Origin: Vezdaea acicularis
Taxonomy: Eukaryota
Direction: 5' to 3'
Assembly (NCBI GenBank): GCA_026025075.1
Contig: JAPEUI010000100.1
Location: forward strand, 1-60,277
Length of the DNA stretch: 60,277 nucleotides
Within the stretch, counting starts at the first letter, position 1, and each line of letters begins with the position of its first letter. The position numbers and the translations under genes are program-made. The notes under the pieces are model-generated. The model was not told where the DNA came from. It saw only the letters and a program-made list of their open reading frames with translations, and did not search any database. This document shows positions 12,901 to 26,063 of the stretch, one piece after another.

Positions 12901-15774
12901 GCCAAGCTTAGACGCTATAGCTGTAAAAGGTTCGCCAGCTAGATTGGCCACTATGTTCTGGGGGTTTATAGGAATTTTCCTGTTGGAGCTTTTTTCTATT
13001 TGAAGACCAAAGTTTGAAAATGAAAGGTATGCAACACAAAGCTCACCGCAATCAAGCTCGCCTTGCTTGGAGCTAATAGGATATCCAGGAATTTTTTCTT
13101 TACAGTTCTCCTCAAGGTGTTTCTGGACCGAAGGATGTGCAAAACGAACACATTGATCGGTTGTATCCAAGACGACGAGGTTTGCGCAGCAGCGAAGTAC
13201 GGATGTCGAATCTGGCCTATTGTCAGAATGCCACACTTGATCATTCAAGTCAAAGGCAACTGCTTCTCTTAATTCTTCTATTCGAAGTGGTCGAATTGCA
13301 TAGCTGACCCATCTCAGTACTTTCGGAGCAAAGCGGCTTCGAGATGCGATCCTGCGAAGACATCGATTATATGTCTCTTCCAAATCTTTTGGTAGATTCG
13401 CGAGGGTATGACGTATATCTGAATCTGTTTCACATTCGTCCCACAAAGCTTCTATTTGTAGATATGCCCATAAAAACCTAAAGGCTAAGTCAATCGCGTG
13501 CAAAAGCGAGTAAGGGCCCGTACCGAAACATACATTCCTGAAGCCCCTTCCGTAAGGCTCTGTTTTGTTTTCTCTAGGAGGTCTTCATCATGGGTAAGCT
13601 CGTGCGCATGCATTGTTTTATCTTCGATTACGGTTTCGATATATAACCGGATATCTTTCGCAGTGTGTTCTCTGATGATGGAAATGTGAGCTATGCCTGG
13701 GACTGATCGAGTCACGCTCAAATGCCGCGTGATCTGTTCTCTACTTAAAATAATGATTCGTGATCCAAGTGTTTTACTCTTGCCTGCGAAGAATCGACGA
13801 ACGACGTCCAACACTTTCTCCACTTCTTTCTCATCAAATGCGTCGAGTCCGTCGATGATGTACAGCGTATTCGGTGTATGCTTGAACAGTTCTGAGAAGA
13901 TGTCAGCCAAATCATCAAAGTCAGGCTGAGACCGTTTCGTTCCAAAGAACTTCGTGAGATAGTTATATATCGTCTGAGAGTAAGGTTTGCGGATTTTTTC
14001 GAGGTAGAGCAGTAGTTGTTGTATAAAGCTCGCCATCAAATCTGATCCTTTAAGCATGTCCCGTTGTTCACTCTCGCAGTAGAAGTAGACTGTAGCCGTT
14101 CCGAGCTTCAGAGAAATATCTCTGGCCGCTTCCACGACTGCTGTGCTGCAAGATAGCCAGGTCAGTATAAGATGAGTGGAGTACACATTCGACTTACGCT
14201 ATCATAGTCTTACCAGATCCAACTATATCACAGTCAGTGGACAGCCTCTGTACAGTAGTTTGGGGAAACCTTTACTGGACCCTGAGCACCACAAAGAGCA
14301 CGGCCCTTTGGCGTTAAACCATGCTCTGAAACTTGGGTGTTCCAAGAACCACTGCCCAGTTCCTTTGAGCCTTTTTCGAGAAAGACGTCGATGGACTTTT
14401 TCGTAGTCATAGCTTGAGATAGTCTCAAATAGCTGACGGCTTTCGCGATCCGCTGATTAAGGTTAGGGCTGAATCCCGAAAAGGAGCACATTCAAAATAT
14501 GAAATGCGCGCTTACAATGTCGCTTAATAGCCCGTGTCTCTCTCCAAATAAGTGCAGTACTGAAGTCTGCTCAGTTTAAGATCAGATTGGACCAATTGAT
14601 ATCGTGGTATTTTCATTACTAGAGACTGGGTGACAAAATAGAGCTGTTCAAGCGTAAAAGCACGCACTTTCTCTTTCCGCCAGGTTTGATGCGCATCGCT
14701 TCATTAACTTAAATGTATCTTGAGCCTCCACATAGCGCTGGGTGACAGACATGATAGTGTCTTTCTGGGACGAATCCTCCAAGCCAATCTTTTCTAGGCC
14801 GTTATGAACGTTGAAGCGAAAATAACGGTTCGAGTCGTCTAGAGCAGAATGGGCTCGTTGAAAAGATTCCGCAGTTCTCTCCGTTTCGGTGGACATTCTT
14901 ACAAGCGTATTTCCAATCTCTAAAAGTCCCGTCTTAAAAGGTTCCACAGATGGAACACCTGTCCCGATTGAGACGATACATTTAAGATTGCTCTCCAGCG
15001 GCTCTGGGTCCCACATATCTTTGGCCTCGTTCCATAACTCCTGTATGGGGTTGTTAGCTCCGGTTGCACCATCTACAAATTCCTCTCCGGTCCCGCCAAT
15101 CTCTATACGGATGGGATCAAAAAATGATGATGCTGCTGATGTAGCTCTGGCGGCCTCCCAGATTTTGGTCACCCGAAGTCTATCGCTCCCTCCACGCGCG
15201 CGGCGATAGCTCGTGAGATGCACCGTATCGGATGTTATTTTGCTTGTAGCGCAGACAAAGCTATTGACATACGATCAGTCCACTTATCTGTGTGACATCT
15301 GGGTATATACTTACATCTTACACGGAGCGTCAGGGTGATCTTTGAGTAGGGCGTCCTCATCAAGGCCCTGTCTCTTGATGATCGTTTTAACAGCTTGTTC
15401 TAACTCCGCGGTATCAAACCTCCCTTGAACCTCGCCACTCCTAACGTTGACCCGATGGTGCTTCTTTTGGAAGATACTGTCGGACATTTCCGTATATGCA
15501 TTGATACATGCATCGATATCCATCTTAAGCCGACCTAACATGATAGCTAAGATGCTGCATCTATGAGCTCGGATTGTGTGTTTGAATCATGGTCAGCTCA
15601 CCCTCCTGTGCTTGTGCCTCCGATCATGTCAAAATAATCGCAAGGTTTCGGTGCGTCCTCAAGTCCGGCCTCCAGGGCAATTGCCTCCATCAGCTGCTTT
15701 AAAATCTGCAGCGAGGACAGACCACGAACCCCACCCCCGTCGAGGGATAGCAAACATAAATCTCGACCAGGCAT
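9970..15774 (-). CDS. NLR-like STAND protein: N-terminal patatin-like phospholipase, NACHT NTPase and about 26 ankyrin repeats; multi-exon
   Basis: Patatin motifs LDGGGVRG, GTSTGG and VDGA. Spliced Walker A GSIGSGKT (25-nt micro-exon 14198-14222), Walker B IIDGLD, GMFLWA and LPKDLEETY. C-terminal 33-aa TALxWAAxxGHxxVVRLLL repeats. Reading frame could be followed through canonical introns at the junctions checked. Confidence 0.88.
10010..12540 (-). repeat. Tandem 99-bp ankyrin-coding repeat array (about 26 units)
   Basis: Recurring GACAGCGCCGTCCG every 99 bp. Units 7-9 are duplicated as units 20-22 at an offset of 1287 bp (13x99). Confidence 0.9.
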
Positions 15775-16939
15775 GTTGTGTTACACGATGAATTGATACT
15801 ATAACCCAGATAAAGTCAGGCATCTACCAATATAGATGCGATGATCGAGGGTTAGCTCGTGCATGAGAGGACTCTAAGCGCTTGACACAATCATTCTGGA
15901 AAGTTGGTCGATTGCGATTCAGCCTCACCAGAAGAGCCAATCGCAGTTTTTGAGAGGCAAGGCTACCTCGGGAGTGTAGTCGTTCAACGTTCCAATTACG
16001 CTGCGTAGACGTCTTGACCGCCTGCTCGCTAACCTTACTCACAGACTATTCTGCCGAATGTGGGGTTTCTGGCCCCACAAAAGGGCCCATCGACCACAAA
16101 TAAATCAATGAGCCTGCGGGTGCAGGTGCTCAAATTAAAAAATATAGCTGAGAGTACGTAGATAATTGATATTCCCAGTTTATCCACAGGTTTCAATGCG
16201 ATATAAGTCTCCAATAACTAGAAAGGGCTTAGTTCTCCCCACCAGAGCAAAAAGTCCTCGTACAAATTGCATTGAAGGCTATGTAGTACACTTCTGTTGC
16301 ATTAATTGCTGGTAGAATGCTGATAAGCATGGCAAAGAAGATCCATAGCGCGAGAAATCGGTCCAAAAGACCAGGACTGTTGAATGCAGAAAACCTTTCA
16401 GTGATGTTTGCTTGCCCCCGCTTGTAGCCTGCTTCTCAAGGTCTTCTGTGGGTAATTGATCGAAGCCCACGATGTGCTGATCATTTAGTAACCCCTGCAG
16501 AGAAGGGCCCCCTTTGAAAATGATACTGTTCACCTCTATGGAAGTCGCTAGAAGCAGCGGCGAGGCTTCGACGGTTAGCTCTGCCAATTCGTACTGAAGC
16601 TTGACTAACTTAGGACACCCAAAAAGCACCTGCGCTCTCAAGCCAAGTTCCCACGACCAGAAAATCATACTTATGACAATAGACTCGTAACAATGGATAT
16701 GTTCATGTCGCCTGTAACTCCTTAAAGTCCGCGGATTGGCTGGTGTCTCGGGTACAGCCGTACAACCAATCAATTGACCCCAGCGACATTTATGGCAAAG
16801 AACCCAGCTACTTCAAACTTGTATCTTCAATCCCCGCCCACCCCCAAGTATATTGCTATGTCCGACTCCGAGTGCATCATCACGCGTCCTTTAGGGCCGC
16901 CTCTTCTATCGTGGGTTTGAGGCGTTACTTGCTATCCTC

Positions 16940-17612
16940 ATGTCTGACTCCACTCCAGTCGCTGGCGACACGTCATCGCAGAAGCTTGAGAGTCCATGGC
17001 ACGCCGCCTACCCGGTTCCGAAACATGCTAATCCGCCATCAATCCCTCGAACTGAACTCCTGCAATGGTTCCGCGATGGGCAGAAACCTGGAGTGGACTT
17101 TCTGATTGTCGATCTGCGTAGGATGGATCACGAGGTGAGCATGAGTCGACTTTGTGGACGGATCAACACCGACTGTTTGAATGGTGTCTAGGGGGGGACT
17201 ATTCACGGCTCAATCAATCTACCGGCCCAATCTCTGTACCCAGCTATTCCGACGCTTTATGCTGTACTTGCCGCGGCCAAGATTGCGAGGATAGTGTGGT
17301 ATTGTGGTATGTGATTGCGAGAAACGCCGGAAGCCAGTGCAGACCGTCTTTTGATATTTCGTCGGTCAAATATCGGACGGCTTCTGAGTCCCCATCACTA
17401 CATGAGCTGGTGCTAAAGTATGTTCCCCACCAGGGTCATCTCGCGGACGAGGCAATCGCGCAGCAGGCTGGTTTGGGGATTATATCGAGGATCAAGGCGA
17501 CAAGGTCATGAAGAGCTTCGCCCTCGAGGCGGGCATTAATGGATGGGCGCACGCTGGGGAAGATTATGTGAAGCTTATGGATGGCTATCAGGAGGCTGCG
17601 TGGAAGAAGTGA
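16940..17612 (+). CDS. Cdc25/Acr2-like rhodanese-fold phosphatase or arsenate reductase; 3 exons (16940-17134, 17192-17306, 17434-17612)
   Basis: LIVDLRRMDHE|GGTIHGSINLPAQSLYP. The CX5R-type active site WYCG|SSRGRG is restored by splicing; LEAGINGW follows. Confidence 0.85.
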
Positions 17613-18231
17613 GTGCTCAGGCCGGCTGAGACACGATCGGATGTCAGTCTGTAGCCCCTTATCAGATCCCAGACGCAGCACAAGCCAGCTAAGAGGTTTA
17701 CCCACAGGCCTAAAGGATGCGCAGTTCGGCCATATTTACCATACGAGGGTCGTTGTGCGATCACTTCGTCTTCCGAGACAAGACATTTAACATGAAAACG
17801 CTTAGAGAGTAGTTCTACTTGGGCAAAGTAGAGCTAAAAGTTCATGCCTCAGATATAGGCCTTGCGTCATAAGCCCTAATTTGAGCATCATCATCCAAAA
17901 GCTACGTTGCCTGCCTGTAATTTGGATTGGGGGACCACCTAGGCAATTTTACCCCATCGGCCTACGGGTCGTGACTTCCTCCGCCTTCAATAATCTCATT
18001 ACTGACTTTCCCGATTATAACCCTTGAATACGCTCCGATGCTGTCCCTTTCCATTATCAATCCGTGTGAGACTCATTTGCTCTTGAAGCTTTGCGTCACG
18101 TCCTCTTTTTTCGCATCCATCATACGATGTTCAATACGAGGAATCGCAGCATCTCCCATGCTGGGAGGATATATTCTCTTTCTTTACATGGTAGTCCGTA
18201 ATGACTAAAATCTGCTTTGCTTGCTATTTAG

Positions 18232-18590
18232 TCATGCGGAGTTTACCTCAACGACTAACTGTCGAAAGACCTGTATCCTAATGCCACAACTATCGACTTT
18301 GCCTTCATTGGTGGCTTCAACTTCTTGATGACAATACTCGTCGCCCCGTCTGCGACAATGTTCGCCCGCAAGCGCGGCACTCAGCTCTATATAGCATTCG
18401 GAGCAGCACAACTAGGTGGCTAGCTTCACCTCTGCTTCTTTTTCGTCCCGGGTCTGGCAACTCTTTCTGTCACATGGAGTCCTTTGTTGGCTTCGACGTA
18501 GGGTTCACGTATGTACCCAGTATCTTCTTACTCTCCCAGTTGTTCCACAGAAAAAGAAGCTTAGCCAACAGTGTCAGCGCTGCCGGTTCT
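18232..18590 (+). pseudogene. Degenerate monocarboxylate-permease-type MFS transporter fragment
   Basis: SCGVYLND*LSKDLYPNATTIDFAFIGGFNF..VAP, then ASFSSRVWQLFLSHGV and GFTYVPS..LSQLFHRKRSLANSVSAAGS in different frames. In-frame TAA at 18256, frameshifts, and no 3' half. Confidence 0.75.
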
Positions 18591-19160
18591 ATATCAGTCA
18601 AGGGTGTGCCGGCACGAGCTCGAGTACCTTTCAGCTTCTCGCGGTGGATATACGAATTTTTTGAAAGTGTTCATTTACCCACGGCCAAGTGACTCTTATG
18701 TCTGTCTGTTCCGCCAAGGCATGGCGGGACGATTTTTTTTTGGCGACATCATGGCACCATGACCATAGACGTGAATCGGGGTTTGGGAAACTTGTGAAGA
18801 CTTCTTGGGATATAATAGGATTGTCTTCTGCCATTGATAGAATTGTCTGAAGCGGAAGAATGGACGGTGGAAATTCGCCTCGGCGGAACAGACGTAGGTC
18901 ACGCCGCCCTTTCCTCCCATTGGGCCGCCACCGCATGCTCCCCGTCATCGGAAATCATCGTGTTTTTTCCAGCAAGAGATGTCCTAACCCATTTCTCTTC
19001 GAGTTTTACTCGAGCCCTCGTGGGTTCCTGTCCCTGGATCCAAACCCTCTAATCAATTCCATCCAATTCTCCACACTTCCTTCCTGATTCGAGCAAAACC
19101 CCCCATCACGCCCAATCCCAATCGTAACCCCATACCCATCCCCCACGACCACCACTACCT

Positions 19161-19180
19161 CCATCCATCCATCCATCCAT
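19161..19180 (+). repeat. (CCAT)5 microsatellite
   Basis: Direct reading. Confidence 0.85.
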
Positions 19181-22100
19181 CCTCCGTCGATCACCCCTCT
19201 CTCGCAGCGGACTCAGGTATCAATGACGACTTTGAGGACGCCGATGCATGCCCCGAAGGAAGAATTCAAGACGAGAATAGGCAGCTAGCTGTAAGCTCGA
19301 TCCTGCTCCAAGGCCGATCAAGGCCGATCAAGAGAAACCTTGATGATCCTACCGGCTGCCGGATTGGGCCAAGTGCTCGTTTCTCGGACGTTCTTTTGGG
19401 GCTGGGGGAGGTGCGTGCCAAGGATAAGCTGACTGGGGGGGATCGCCAGGGCTGCCGGAAAGGGGATAGCGTGGGTGGCGAGGACGTGCGGTGATGTGTG
19501 GGATCGCTGCTTTTCGTGAGGATTATCATTCGACTTGACTCTACTCCACTCCGCTCCATGCATGGTCCAGCCTTATTCAAGACCAGAAAGCCAGATCACG
19601 TCGAGAATTACTCAGAGCGCAACAGTCTGCGCGACCGTGAAAAAGGGTAACCACTGCTTTTCCGTCTCATGACTATTGTTGGAGTGTTCGTTCCGACAGC
19701 GAAGATACGGCTACGGCTACGCGGATTGGCATTGAGAAAAACTCCAGCCTCACCCACTTCACGCCCGTGAGACCAGATGAAACCCCACCGCTTCCCCAGC
19801 GTAAAAGACAGCCCCTTCTCCTCCTGACCGGCGTCATGAACGGGACGGTAAATATCCCCCCTCAACCGTCCCCTACACGTGCCAGAAATTCCCAAAAAAA
19901 ATCGGGGAAAAGCACAAGTAATAACAAGCGTACTGTGCTGGACTGGACCGGAACCGAAAAAAAGTGCCATAGAGCCGGACATTATTCTAGACGCGATGCT
20001 GTGGGGTGGGCGGTGTGCCTGCTCTCCTTACCGCACGCAGCAGAGAAAAGGGGGGAGGGACGGCGTTATATTTCAATTGGATGAAGAGATACAGAAAAAG
20101 CCCCGCCCAGCGATAGGTCAAAGCATAGTCGACGATTGAGAAAAAAGTGGCCGTGGCGCGAGAAATCACGGCATTTCCTCCTGCAGGAGAAAAAAGGCCG
20201 CTGCATATTGTAAATTCGCCTCTCAAAAAAATGGGCGAAAGTCGAGAAAATGGCTAAGCGAAAGCTATCGCCTGCCGACGAAGTTTCCGCGTTCTGTCGT
20301 ACCTGCATGAAAGCCCGCATTCGCTCGCTCGTTCCTGCATAAGTTTACGAGAAAATTGTATGTGCCTGGAACCGACTCGGTGCAGGAACGGCGCAAGTGC
20401 ACAAACGCGTGGCCTATCAGGTGATCCCCTCGCTTACGCTTACGCTTTCCCCCACCCCCCGACCGACCCGACCGAGCGGCCGACTGACAGAGCGAATGGC
20501 ATTGGTGTTGGTGTTAGTGGTGGTGGGAATGGTGGCATTGGTGGGGTCATCGCGATGGGGCCTTTCTTATCCACGGATGGGGATCAAGTGCCGTGATGCC
20601 GCAAGCACGCCTCACACTCGACCGTGCAGTCGGCAGGCAGGAAAGCGTGATCAGGATGCGGGAACAAGACGCAACACCAAACGTGACGACCAGCCAGACT
20701 CGCGCGCATCGGTTCGATCCGGCTAATACAAGTACACGTCCATACTACTGCCATTTGTCGCAACTGCCGGTTCTGGGCTTGCATAAGTCGGCAGCGAGGG
20801 GCGCACGACATCGATGAGCCCGAAACCGAGGTGACCGACTGACAAGGGCGAAAAGTGTCCACTTGTTTACGCACGGTGCGGAGGACTCCGCTTCGATGGT
20901 CCTTCCTCACTCCTTCCCCATCCGAGCCTGGGGCTTCATGCAGCCAGATCAGATACGCAAACGCAAAAAACGTCGAGCAACCCACCATCCCGATTTAGCC
21001 AATGAGCCGAAACGGCGATGGGGCACGGTTTATCCCACCGCTTTGTTACTGTCTGTCTGGATGGATGGAATGGATGGATGTGTGGAGTCACTTCCCTCCC
21101 GACTCGTCGGTTAGGACCAGTCTGTCGGGGCATGCTTCTTGTTGTTTGCTTCTGCCACCCGCTATCTGGCATCCGTTTGCTTCTTCCGCGCGCGCCGGAC
21201 CCGAGCGAGGCTCCTCTGTATACGTAAGTCACATCTCCAACTCCATATCCCCCCTCTCCAAAAAAAACATGTGACGACGACAATATCCCACCAAGAAGCG
21301 GATGAGATCCCCATCGCTTCCATCCATCCAGCAGGATCTGCAGCCCATCCACCACCTCGCAGTCCCTCTAAGCCCCCTCAGCGAGGGATCCAGAAAAATT
21401 GTCCACGTCCTTTGCGATCTAATGGACGCGATTGAAGGAAATGCGGCGTCTAACTACTCGTTTTTCGTCATCACGAACGCTCGTCGCGCGAACCCGGCAA
21501 GCACGGATATATGCTGTCGTCGGGGCCGGTGCAGCGGTTTCTCGTATCTGTCTGTATGTGTGTGAGACTAGGATGGAGACGAGGTTGCATTGGGGATGGC
21601 TAAGAATAGGATATAGCAAGGGGGGTTGGGATATGGCATTTCTGGATCCTGGATCGGATGCAACCCGCCGTGACGCAGAGCGACGAAGGATGTTTCGATC
21701 CCCGGATGCCCGAGCAATCATGCCCCCTTACCCTTGCCCGAGTCTCTCTCTCCACGCACCTGGAAAGCCGTGTTCTTTGTGGAAGCTGAAAAGAAGTTCA
21801 GCTCCATAGCAGACAAAACCATTCCCCCTCATCTCCTCGCAACAAAGCATGCTAAGATGAAAGATCAACAACGCTTTCCCCCCCTCTCTCTCTCGCCATC
21901 GCCGTCTTCGTATGCAATGACCTCACTGCCAACCGTGCGGTGTCCGGGCGGGCGATAGATCTGGCGCAATTGTGGAGTCTGGGGGGGGCATCGTGGGTAT
22001 GAGGATGTTATACTAGGACGGTGCTGAGAAGGGGTTGGGCTGGTTTGTGGAGGGCTTATCACGTGGAGTCTGGAGGGCAGCGGGTTAGGTGGTAGTGTGG

Positions 22101-22311
22101 ATAGTGGAGTGGAGTACCGAGGGGCGTAAGGAGGAAGGAGTAACGAAAAAACACAAAAAAAATCTGGACAGGCAAAAATTAATTTTCTCGAGCCTCGCTG
22201 CCTAATGTCGGTTCTTACGAGTAAAAAATGTATTCGCTTGTCATCCACTCATTTCATCGCCTCGGTTCTTGCAAAAAAGGTGCATGTGTAGAAATAATAT
22301 CAGGCAAAAAG

Positions 22312-22331
22312 CACACACACACACACACACA
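22312..22331 (+). repeat. (CA)10 microsatellite
   Basis: Direct reading. Confidence 0.9.
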
Positions 22332-24030
22332 CGTACATGATATCACAAGCCCCCGTTTAAAACCCCAACTGTCCGGTCCTTACGTCGTCGTCGTCAAAAA
22401 AAACACCGCCCCAGACTGCGGGGTTGCTTATCCTACCGATAGGGCGGGACGGCCTGGAGCGGCCGGGGCGCGGCCGCCGGGGGGGGGGCTTTCGACAGAG
22501 ATGGCTAAAAGAAGACTTTTTTCCCAGCGTCCACAGGAATGTTCTTTTTACCCCGCGAACCCGTTTACGATCGGGAATCCTTCTCGCGGGCGGAATAGCG
22601 GGGTTCAGCCCGTTTCGCGGCTGGGTTGGAGGATTAGCCGCGGATGGACGGACGGATTGCGTGCGATGGAGGGATCTCGATGGATCCGGATGGATCTGGA
22701 TGACGCGCATGATCGCAGTTGAGATGGAACCGGATAATCTGATCTGTGGTCTACGGTAGCAGAGAGATGTCGGAGAGAGAGAGTGACGTGACGCATGAGG
22801 AAGCACAGAAGAACTCGCAGACTCGCATCCGTATCCTTCGGACGACTCTAGTCCACCGTCGTTTTGGAAGAACGAGAGAGAGAGGTCGAGCAGCAGCGGC
22901 CGAGAAGGGGAATGCTGCAGGCGGCGCCGAACATGCAAATGCATTCAGGGCACATCTATCGATTGGCCCCATCGCTTGCTGCAGCTGCAGTGACTAGCTA
23001 GCCGCTTCTTCTCGATAGGCAGACAGGAAGCCGGCGATTCCCCACGACAAGATAATCCTTCGAGTCCCCGCCGGCGACAAAACATGTGCCTGGTGGCGCT
23101 TTCTTCCAGAAACTCGCCAACTTGCCATGGCGGGTCAACCTTTTTTCTTGTCTAATCGCCCGCGTACGTAGCGCTATCGATAACGAAACTTTTTTTTTTG
23201 TGGTGGGAGAAGAAGTTGAGGGGGAGGGCGGAAGGGAGGGAGTGATTGGCGTGATGCGGGATCGAGTCCAGCCCGCCGTCGTTTATCGTCACGCTGCATC
23301 TATCCCCACCGATTCAGTTTTCTCGAGTTGGTCTGCGTGGTCTATCGGGCGGCTGGCTGGTTGCTTCGTGCTGCTTGCTGTGTTGAGAAGGTGCGCAAGT
23401 TCGTCGAACGGGCGAATCCGCGCTCTCTGCTGCGATGTGATGAGATGGGGTGGGATGAGAAAGAGCGACCTGACGAGGGCCTTTGCCCCTCCACACCACC
23501 ACCACCCCCTCCATCATCGAATACACATCATGTTCCATACGGTCACACGCGCGCATGGGCTGATGACTGGGCCACAGCGTCTACAGCATCAATACTCTCA
23601 CCCTCTCGAGCTGCGAGACACCTTCCTCGCGCTGGCTGGCTGGATGGACGGATGGATGGAAGGCGCTTGGAAAGATCGATAGAAAAGGTGCGAGTGCGCG
23701 TCCGAGCTCACAGGTGTGGTTCCAGCGGCGGCCCAAAGCGGCAAGGGTGGCCAATTTCCGGCCGCCCCACCACTCGGGACCCCCCTGGTCGGGGCCCGGA
23801 TGTGGTCGCTGACAGGTGCATGGGCGGGGATGGGGATGGACGGGCGCTCCACGAATACGATGCCGTGGAGGATGGAGGGAGGGAGATACCACACCCCGTT
23901 TCTGGCGTTGTCTGAGATCTGGCCTGATCGCGACGGAAGGGAAGGCGAGGGTGTCGGCTGTGGGGTCTCGTCGTCCGTCTCGGAGTCCAGTCTCGGAGTG
24001 CAGGGTAGGGATCGGGGCGGCGACTGTGAT

Positions 24031-24057
24031 GCTGCTGCTGCTGCTGCTGCTGCTGCT
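24031..24057 (+). repeat. (GCT)9 microsatellite
   Basis: Direct reading. Confidence 0.9.
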
Positions 24058-24401
24058 CAGCGCGGCCCTTTGCGTTCGTCGGAGCGTGGACTTCAGAGCG
24101 AGAGAGAGCGTGCGTTGCTCGGCGAGGCCACGACCCAAGACCATGAATGGCGATCAGGTCCCAGCGCCGCTCCGCCCGCGCCCGCACCGCCGGTCGCAAT
24201 CTCCTTTTAGCCGTCCCCTCCGCCGTCTCGGCTGTCGCTTGCCCACCCATCGCCGCTCCCAGCCCTTGCCGCTTTAACGCGCTGCGCCCCACCCCGGTCC
24301 CCGACGACGGCGCTACCGCCACTAGCCCCGGCCTGGACACCCCTGCCACACGAACCTGGACGTGACGGGCGACCAGGGGGGGGAGCCCAGCTGGACAAGT
24401 C

Positions 24402-24425
24402 GCTGCTGCTGCTGCTGCTGCTGCT
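24402..24425 (+). repeat. (GCT)8 microsatellite
   Basis: Direct reading. Confidence 0.9.
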
Positions 24426-25537
24426 GGGGCTGCCTGCGCGACGGGGCCTGTCGGTGTGCTCGCTCTCATTGCTCGCACTGGCGCAGCGCTGTCTCGCCCG
24501 CGGTGCGACGGCTGCGCTGCGCGTCGCCAACCGACCGGCCCTGAGACCGGCGCGCTACACGACCATCGCCGGCCCATGAAACGGCTCCAGTCTCCAGCAC
24601 GGTCCTGATCGGCGCGCGAAGCCGAGTCGCTCGTCGTCATGGCGCTGCTCGCCGCCGTGCCCCCCGAACGCAATCGAGGAGAACGCCCATCGGCGTGGGA
24701 AAGGGTAATGAAGATCGTGCGTCCGGTGGAAAGTGCGAGTGCCGTCTGGTGTTGGGGCGTGGGGCATGTTGGATGAATGTTGAATGGCGAGAGCGAGACC
24801 GCGCGAGGACGATTGGTGAGAATATCGATTTAGCACGAAAGAGGTGGCGGTGACGCCGGACGGTGGTTGGCGGTCCACGGCAAAAGCGACTGCAGCCGGC
24901 GTGCGCACTTCACTTTCACCTGCTCTATCGTTCGACTGCGCCCATCCCATCCCATCCCAGCTCGCGCTCCCGAATCCCCCATTGCCCCCCTCCCCATGCA
25001 ACGCCGGCGAAAGGCGCTATCCTTTCGTTCCTGGTCTTGCCCGTGTTGGTCCTAGGCCCGACAGGCCCCGAATGCGACTGGTGTTGACCCAGCTGCAGCG
25101 TGTGAACGAGGTGTGCATGGTCTTGGATGCCACTGGCCACCGCCAGACCGCGCCAGACCACCCACACTGAATCCATCCGCTGCGCGCTGCCAATATTCTC
25201 ACCGCGGACGACGCTCGAAATCGTCGTGCGAGACTAATGGGAGAAAAAAAGAAGGGCCCGCGACTGGACGGCCTCGTCGACGGCTTCCCCCCCCAGTCCT
25301 GCCCGCCCGCCGGCGATCGCCCACCCATCCCAATCGATACTACTTTATCCGCTGCGCGCCCACTATCGTCCTCGCTCTTTTTTTTTTCCCTCCTCCCCAT
25401 CTATCGAGGCTTCGACCTTCATAACCCTCGCCCTTCTTTTTCATCTTCTTGTGACATTTTTTTGGAAAGATTCTCGAATCGTGCCGGTGCTCCCTCCTCA
25501 GCCCTTTCGACCTTCTTCTCCCGCCCTTCATTTAGTC

Positions 25538-25557
25538 CTCTCTCTCTCTCTCTCTCT
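25538..25557 (+). repeat. (CT)10 tract in the pyrimidine-rich promoter/leader region
   Basis: Direct reading; CT-rich boxes are typical near fungal transcription starts. Confidence 0.85.
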
Positions 25558-26063
25558 TGTGATATTATCTCTCTAGTCCATCGTCCTTTGTCGCAGACCT
25601 CGATACGATATCCGACTATTCACGGATCCAGACAACGACCCATAGCATATAAAACCCCCTTAGTAGGCAGATCCTCGAACCACTTCGAGCCTGTCGTCCA
25701 GTCACTCCCTTGAACCCTCTTTGGATATCTTTTTTCTTATCCGTGCGCTTGCCCTGCCGCAAGAGCCCATTCGATACACGAAACAACCCAATCCGCAACA
25801 AGCCATAAGCCGCCTTGCGACGTCTAATCACGCAGTGCAAAGACCCGGCTTCGTTATTCTCGAACGACGCAGTCCGACATCTTTGGAAGAGCGATCTTTC
25901 GAAACGCTCCTGATCGACCTCTCCGGAACCTTAATTGGTACGTCAGGTCCCCTCCACATTCAGCACTCCGCTTTGCCGCCGTGTTTCGAGATCGAAGTTG
26001 CTGACATCTCTTGGTTTCTAAAGACTCGCCTCTTGAAGAGCGTCGAGATATACCCCGCACATA

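Noticed and set aside
16279..16830. 164-aa minus-strand ORF and intron-like signals on the plus strand
   Set aside because: Could not assemble a coherent gene; possibly a remnant.
8700..18700. Starship-type giant element carrying the NLR
   Set aside because: No tyrosine-recombinase captain gene or boundary repeats seen.
19266..25713. Many 60-320 aa ORFs on both strands
   Set aside because: Low-complexity, overlapping, GC/microsatellite-driven ORFs with no recognisable motifs.
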